Assembly: GCA_004431415.1 (NCBI GenBank)
Contig: QPMI01000201.1
Span: 1 to 64,000 of the forward strand
DNA length: 64,000 bases
Source: Cyanophora paradoxa CCMP329
Lineage: Eukaryota; Plantae; Glaucophyta
Direction of reading: 5' to 3'
The position numbers and the translations under genes are program-made. The notes beneath the pieces are model-generated. The model was not told where the DNA came from. It saw nothing but the letters and a program-made list of their open reading frames with translations, and did not search any database. Positions within the stretch are counted from its first letter, which is position 1, and every line of letters starts with the position of its first letter. Positions 57,126 to 64,000 of this stretch are shown piece after piece.

Positions 57126-59427
57126 TCACTTCTCGACGATGCGGGCCTTGGTCTCGCGGACGCCGTAGAAGGCGGCGTGGATGGCGGTGAGGGTCCTCTC
57201 CGCGTCGGCGTCGTCGACGCAGAAGGAGATGTTCACCTTCGAGGCGCCCTGCGACATCAGCTGGCAGTCCACGTGGATCGCCTCCAGCGTGTCGAACACC
57301 TGCCCCCGCCCCCGGCCGCCTCGGCCCCGCTCCTCTCCGACCACCGCCCGGGGCCGGGGGGGCGCACCTTGCGGAGGATGGCGGACGAGTGCTCGACGTT
57401 GCCCACCAGCGAGATGATCGCCTTGCCAGAGTGCACGCTCACCGTCGCGAACTGCGCCGCGCCGAGTCGGCGGGCGCGCGGGGGGAGGGACGCCCGGCGG
57501 CGCGGCGCGCCTTGCTCATGGCCGGCTCGATCTGCTGGACGTGCGCGGCGGCGGTCTTCTGGTCCAGCGTGCACGAGACCGAGATTTCCGAGGTGGCGAC
57601 GACGTCCTGCGCGGGCGGCCGCCGCACACTCGGATCGCGGCGGGGGGAGAGGGCGGAGGGGACGGCGCTCGCGCACGACGGAGATCTCGAGGTTGCGGAA
57701 GACGTCGAAGACCTGGGCGAGGAAGCCGCTGGCGCCGAGCATGCGCGTGCTCACGACGTCCACGATCGTCACGTTGCGCTTCATCGTCATCGCCGTGATC
57801 ACGGGCCGGTCCTTCGGCGCGCGGTCCCGCACGATGCTCGTGCCCGGGTGCATCGGATCGTACGAGTTCTGCCGCCGACATCACTCGCGCCGCTGCGGGG
57901 CGGGGCGGGGCGGGGCGCGGGTCGGGGCGGGGCGCGGCGGACCTTGACTTTGACGGGGATGTTGGCGCGCATGGCGGGGATGATGGAGAGGGGGTGGAGG
58001 ACGTTGGCGCCGAAGTGGGCCATCTCGGCGGCCTCCTCGAAGGAGACGCAGTCGACGGGGAGAGCGTCGCCCACGATGCGCGGGTCCGTCGTCATGATCC
58101 CGTCCACGTCCTTCCACACCTGGATCTCCTTCATGTGCAGCGCCACGCCGATCACCGACGCCGTCAGGTCCGAGCCACCGCGCCCCAGCGTCGTGATGTT
58201 CCCGTCCCGGTCCTTCCCGATGAAGCCGGTCACAACGGGCAGCCGCAGGTCGCCGTCCAGCTCGCGCGAGTACGTCATCCGCGACCGGATCAGGTCGTAC
58301 GTCTCCGTGTCGACCTCCGCCTGCCCCGCAAGCTCAGCGGGCGCGGCGGCGGCGGGCGGTGGCGTGGGCGGGCGGGACGGACGTTCATGAAGTTGGAGTC
58401 GGTGAGCATGCCGAGATCGAATGCGTCGATGAAGCGCGCCGGGATGCCGCACTTGTCGTTCAGGAAGCGCGCGAAGATGCGCACCGACATCCGCTCGCCG
58501 AACGAGACCAGGTAGTCCCTGCGAGCGAGCGCCCGCGCTCGACCAAGCGAAAGAGAGGGAAAAGAAAGCTGAGCGGAAGATAGGCGCACTTGGTCTTGGG
58601 CGAGAGCTCGCGAATGAGGGAGATGCCGGTGAGGAGGGCCTCGAGCTCGGAGAGGAGCGGGTCAACGTCCTCGGTGCTGATGCCGAGGTCGTGGCAGGCC
58701 TTGTAATGCGAGTCGCGGATGTTCTCGGTGTTGACGGTGCCCTGACGCGCGTGGGCGGGCGATTCGATCCAGATCAGATCCAGGTGCGAGCGCGTGCAGA
58801 GATGGGAGCGGCGGGGGGCAGGGACGGACCTTGAGCGCGTTGTCGCCCGCTGCGAGCAGCTGGTTCGTGGTTTTGCCCATAGCCGAGAGGACCACAACCG
58901 GGTGCATATCCAGCTGGGTCTTCACCACCTCGACGACGTGCTTGATGCGGTCAGCGTTCATCACCGACGATCCTCCGAACTTCATCACGACGTCCAGCTT
59001 CGGGACGTGGCCGTTGTCTGCGGCATATGCCCTTTCGGTCAAACCGCAGCGCTCCCGACTTGCGCGATTTCTCGCGCGAGGAGAGATTACCCTTCGGCCG
59101 AACGGAGTTCGAGACCTTGCTGTTGCCTTCAGCCTCGCAGCGGATCACGGCAGCCGAACGCTGGGAGCGGGCAAGGTGCGTAGCAGTCGCCGCGCGGCGG
59201 AGCGACCGATTCGCGTCGCTCTGGGGCCGTCCGACCATGGTACGGGCCGTCTTGAGGCCCACGAACGCGGGCATCTGGGCCCGGTGACGAGGAGCGGCTG
59301 ACGCGGACGCAGAGCCGGCAAGGCGGGCCGCGGGGCGCTCCGAAAGCGCCACCGTGGCGGAGACAGCCTCCAGACCCGCATACGGGCGCTGAGCGACGGG
59401 AAGGCTCGTGCTGAACGCGGCCGCCAT
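57126..59427 (-). CDS. lysC: Monofunctional aspartate kinase with ACT domains, plastid-targeted
   Basis: VMKFGGSSV, VLSAMGKTT, DYLVSFGERMS, TTLGRGGSDLTA, WKDVDGIMTTDPR, RMLGASGFLA, SQGASKVNISF; transit peptide MAAAFSTS...VIRCEA. Confidence 0.93.
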
Positions 59428-59666
59428 CCTTTGTTTCGAACTGCCCTGTACCCGGGAGGGTTGCCAACTAGGCCCAACTTGTCCTTGTCGCTCCTATGTT
59501 CGCAGCGGCAGTCGCAGCGCCGTCGCAGATCCGCTCGGTATGCTAACAAGCTAGCTCTTCGAGCGCAACTGATGCCCGTCTGACCGTCTCGTCGCAGTCG
59601 TCGTTTGCAGGCACGAGCGTCGCCGTCCGCGCCAGCAAGAAGTCCAGCAAGAAGTTCGAAGTCACT

Positions 59667-60299
59667 ATGAGCGCGGCCCCGTTCTCCAAGGTCACTCTGC
59701 CGTTTTGATGTCGGCCGCCGAACTCGAGAACGTCGGCTGGCGCGCTGATGCAACGCGAGCGTAGAAGAAGCCGAGCGACGCGGAGATCGCCCAGTTCAAG
59801 AGCTACCCGGTGCGCGCCTTATCCCCGAAGCTTTTCGCCGTCCTCATGCGTCGGCCGGCGCAGACCTGGGGCTGCGGCGTCTCCAAGTTCGACTGGAGCT
59901 ACTCGGACCGCGAGACGTGCTACGTCCTCGAGGGCGATGTGACTGTCACCGACGACAAGGTGCCTCGCTCCAGGACCTGCTCTCGTTTATGCCTAGCTCT
60001 GCGCGCGAACCGCTGGCGGAGCGGCTCACTCGTGCGCCGCCTCGCACCTCGCATTCGCAGACGGGTCAGAGCATCCACGTCGAGGCCGGTATCCTTGCGC
60101 GAGGTCATGCGCGCCCGCGAGAGGCGCCGGCGCTGACCGCGGCCCGCGCGCAGGCGACCTGGCGACCTTCGAGGCGGGCCTCTCCTGCGTTTGGGACGTC
60201 AAGAAGCCCATCAAGAAGCACTACAAGGTCACTCAGAAGCCCGCGCCGGCCCCGGCGACCGGCCCGGCCCCGTCTGACGCCCTCCCGCAGTTCGGCTGA
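59667..60299 (+). CDS. Cupin_3 (DUF861)-type protein, multi-exon
   Basis: YP/TWGCGVSKFDWSYSDRETCYVLEGDVTV.../GDLATFEAGLSCVWDVKKPIKKHYK/FG*. Confidence 0.85.
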
Positions 60300-60631
60300 T
60301 CGCCCAGGCGAGATCGCGGCACGTGTTTTTGTCGTACGAGATGTTATGCGGTAAATTTTTAAGCGATACGTTTATAGTAAGAACAGCGGCGGGTCATCGT
60401 GGTGAAAGTAGGACGGGCGGGAGCTCCGCAGCGCCGGCGCAGGGAGCCCGCCTGGGGCGGGGTGGCGTCACCGCGGGAAGGCCCGTCCCCTCCGGAGGGG
60501 CAGCCGCCCGGGCGCGCACCGGGGCGGGAGAGCGCTCAGGACATCTCCCCCGCCCCACGGCACGCTGCAGCGGCGCCAGTCACCAGCGCCGCGGCGCCGG
60601 CCGCGGCGCCGGCCGCGCCGCGCGGAAAGGG

Positions 60632-61435
60632 TCACCTTCGTATGCAGGGGCAGCAGGGGAAGCAGCCCCTGCGCGCGGAGCTCGTCCCGGCGCGAGAGGG
60701 GCCCGGGGGAGGCCCGGGGGCGCACAGTGCCGCGCTGGCGCCGCCGGCGCGCTTCCCGCTGGGCGCGGGTCTCGAGCGGAGGTGGGCGAGGGCGTGGTCC
60801 GGGGAGCGGGCGTCGAGGGGGAGGGCGGAGAGGGGGTTCCCCTCCAGCGTCAGAACGTCCACGCCCCCGAGCGCGAGCTCCACCGGCAGCGCCTCCAGCT
60901 GGTTCCCCGAGAGGCTAAGCGCCCTCAGCGCGGGGGCGCGGCCCAGCCTGCCGGTCGTCGTCAGCGCATGAGAGGCCGGCCGTCGCGGCAGGCGACCACG
61001 CGGAAGCGGAGATGACGCACGCAGCGGGCACAGAGCTGAGGAGGTTGTTGCTGAGGTCGAGTACGCGGAGCGTGGGGAGCTGGGCGACCTCGGGCGAGAC
61101 GTCCCGGACCGAATTCCCTTTCAGATAGAGCTCCTCCAGCGACACGAGCCTGGAGACCTCCTGCGCGTCCGCGTCGGGCCCGGGGCGCGGCCGGACGCCA
61201 ACTGACGAACCGGCGGGATGCTCTCAATCGCGTTCTGCGAAAGGTCCAGCCGTCTGCAAAGCTGATAAGCTTTCTGGAGAAGGCGTGCTATGACGCGTAC
61301 GGCGCCGCGTTGCGCGTCGTACCTTATGCGAGAGTAGCCTATCTTCCTCAGTTCGTCGTCGGGCCAGGAGCCAAGCCCGTGTCGATGCCACTCAATGTCG
61401 ACGAAGATACCATCATAATCCTTCGCAGTGTGCAT
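60632..61435 (-). CDS. Small leucine-rich-repeat protein
   Basis: RRLDLSQNAIESIPP, LEELYLKGNSV, LRVLDLSNNLLSSVP, LRALSLSGNQLEALP, LTLEGNPL. Confidence 0.8.
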
Positions 61436-61701
61436 TTCCGCCCAGCCTGGCAGGAGCCCGCCGGCCGGAGTAACTGCCGCCCTGCCTGCGTTGTCCCTCG
61501 TCCGTCCCCCCTGTTCCACACTTGCAGCTCTCGCGTGTCTGATACTCTCTACCGGCTTCGATTAGGGCGCAAGTGCTGTTGTAGCAGCGCGAGTCGTTTC
61601 TACCCCCCTCGCGCCAGCTGAGCGGCTTCCAAATAGTTCGATCGTCCTCCGCCTACGCAACAGGGTTGTCGTTCTCGACAAAGCAGGGCGAGCCTATTAA
61701 C

Positions 61702-63251
61702 ATGAATGACACCGGTGCATGAAGCCCGATGCCGCTCTAAATCGGTCCAGCGCAGAGGCCGAGTCGTTGTCCGCGAAGCGAACGCCCTGATTCGGCATGC
61801 AGATATCATTGCGTTCATTGACGCGCCGGACCCGGACAACTTCGTCCAGGTGAGGCGTCGTTTGACTCCCCAAAACCGCGCTCATGCCAGCGCGCCTCGC
61901 AGCTCCTCGCGCTCCGCCGGCTTTACCCGAACTCAAAGCTGTACGTGTCGCTGACTGGCCGGCCCGTCAAGTTCGGCGCGAAGAAGGAGGACGAGATCTG
62001 GGACTACGACCTGGACGAGTCGCGCCTCGTCCAGCGCATTAACGCGGCGCGCATTTTGAAGTTCCTGGAGACGTGCGGCTGCAAGGTTGATCACGTGTAC
62101 GACGGCGGCATCGCGCCCCGCACCCTCGTGCCCCACTGGGTCCACTTCCCTGGTCCGCCCGCGCCCCGGCCCGAGGCGCTCCGGCGCGGCCGACGCGCCG
62201 GCCGCGGGACAGAGTACAAGGGCTTCAACGACATCGACCCGGTGGAGGCGCTGCAGAAGATCCCGGCTCTGCAGCCGGCGGCGAAGCTGATCAAGGCGAT
62301 GCTTTCGAGCGAGCGCAAGTTCGTGGCGGTCGTCGGCGGGCCGATGACGGGCCTCTACAACATCCTCGTGCAGTGCCCCAAGGTCGCCGCCACGATCGCC
62401 GAGGTCCACGCCATGTTCGCCACCTGGGGCAAGGTGCCTCGCCTGCTGGAGCCGCGCGCCGCGCCGCCCCTGACGCGCGCGCGCGCTCGCAGGTGGAGCT
62501 GATGCAGTTCGGTGGCGCCCCGCGCGGCGCGCTTCAGTTCAACGCCGCCTGCGACCCGCTCGTGCGCCCCGCGTTGCCCCTCCGCTCGCCTCGCCGTTGC
62601 GCTGGGGCCGAGCGGGGCGTGCGGGGCGGGGGCGCAGGCGGCGCAGTTCGTGCTGACGAGCCTGCCGTGCCCGATCTACCTGGCGCCGACGGAGGTGACC
62701 CGCGTGGAGGCGATCGCCTTCGCGGACCCCGCCGCCCTGCAGGCCGCCATCGCCAAGGGCGAGGCCGCCGGCGGCGCGGCGGCGGCGAGCGTCAAGGCCG
62801 TCGTCGGCATGTACGAGACCTGGTTCAAGAACGCCTGCGCGCCCCGCAAGGAGATCATCTACATCCACGACCTCGCCCCCGCCCTCACGTGCGCGCCTCC
62901 GCCCCGGCCCCGCTGCACTCGTCTCCCCGTGCCGAGGTGCGGCGGGGGCGGGCAGGGCGGACCGGAAGCTGCGGGAGGCGGTGTACGACTTCGTCCCAAT
63001 CGACATCGCCGCCGTCCCCGCGTCCCTCTCCGACGCCGCCCAGTGGGGCGTCATCCAGATGAAGGCGCCCCCCCGCCCCGCCCCGCCCCGCCCCGCCCCG
63101 CCCCGCCCCGCCCCGCCTGAGGCCCGTCTCCGGGGCGCAGGAGCTGGAAGCGGGGCAGCAGGGCGCGCTGCCGCGCTTCGCGGCCAAGGCCTGCAAGGCG
63201 CCGGCAGCCTACCTCGCCGCCCTCCAGGGCATCTTCTCGGCCGGCAACTGA
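61702..63251 (+). CDS. Divergent inosine/uridine-preferring nucleoside hydrolase-like protein, multi-exon
   Basis: N-terminal IDAPDPDN, VGGPMTGL, QFNAACDPLAA, IYIHDL, in the order expected for IU-NH motifs. Confidence 0.65.
63065..63117. repeat. (CCCCG)n intronic microsatellite
   Basis: About nine tandem CCCCG units following a GC donor. Confidence 0.8.
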
Positions 63252-63386
63252 GCCCCGGAGCCCCCCTCGCCCCCCGCCCCTCCCGGCCCCCCGCCTCCTC
63301 CACGGATCAACGGAGCTATTGCTGCTATTGTACATGCGAGCCGGGGGCGGGCGCTTGCGGGGGCGGGGGCGGGGGGGCCGGTGGGG

Positions 63387-64000
63387 TCAGGAGTTGGAGA
63401 AGGAGGGGGCGCGCTTCTCGGCGAAGGCGGTCATGCCCTCCTTCTGGTCGCGGGTGGCGAAGGAGGCGTAGAAGAGGCGGCGCTCGAGGAGGAGGCCGCC
63501 CCGCAGGCCCGTCTCCTGCGCCGCGTTCACCGCCTCCTTGGCCATCGCCACTGCGCCCCCGCCCCCGCGCCCCCTCAGTGGGGCCCGCGCTCCAGCCAGC
63601 GCCGGGCGGGGGGGCCCGGGCCCGGGGCGCGCCGATTGGCTGGGAGAAGGAGGCGACGCGGGCGGCGAGCTCGACGGCGGTGTCGAGGAGCTGCGCGTCG
63701 GGGACGACGCGCGAGACGAGGCCGAACTGGAGCGCCTCACGCGCGTCCACGCGGGCCCCCGTCAGCACCATCTCCATCGCCTTCGACTTGCCCACCGCCC
63801 GCGTCAGCCGCTGCGTGCCCCCCATCCCTGCGCCCCCTCAGCTGCAGCCGGTGGCCACGGGCGACGTCGGGCGGGGCGCCTGCGGACCGGGGATGGTGCC
63901 GATCGTAATCTCCGGCTGGCCGAACTGTGCATGCGCATGCAGCGGGGCGTGAGGCGCGCCGGTGCGCACGGGAACGCGGACTTTCGGGGGCCGGCGCCGG
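63387..64000 (-). CDS. ECHS1: Enoyl-CoA hydratase (crotonase), 3' part; continues beyond the window
   Basis: [36 protein letters not shown]...AMAKEAVN...[17 protein letters not shown]. Confidence 0.9.

Noticed and set aside
1-64000. tRNA, rRNA, snRNA or transposase genes
   Set aside because: None recognisable by eye; covariance-model and HMM searches would be needed to exclude them.

Overview
Very GC-rich, gene-dense eukaryotic nuclear DNA with many short (~50-100 nt) introns, a large share of them GC-AG. Phe-containing plastid transit peptides, an LCIB homologue and a cyanobacterial-type ArsA suggest an alga with a primary plastid; a glaucophyte such as Cyanophora is my inference and is unverified. 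About 16 spliced genes can be reconstructed: PGS1, LCIB-like, AAC4-like, a cyclic-nucleotide-gated channel, a P4-ATPase flippase, hinderin-like, ArsA/GET3, Tpt1, kinesin, aspartate kinase, cupin, LRR, nucleoside hydrolase-like, enoyl-CoA hydratase and several hypotheticals, mostly arranged as divergent pairs. There is a young chimeric tandem duplication of channel and flippase fragments (14.7-24.8 kb) and an island of decaying genes (41.7-47.3 kb). The most striking signal comes from comparing duplicated copies: unconstrained DNA repeatedly carries 6-nt insertions that turn a trinucleotide X into X-revcomp(X)-X (AGA to AGATCTAGA, GCA to GCATGCGCA, CAG to CAGCTGCAG). Iterated, this fills dead DNA with chains of 6-bp palindromes. 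One candidate mechanism is excision footprints of a transposon with a 3-bp target duplication and a hairpin intermediate. All gene boundaries are from manual splicing and are approximate.
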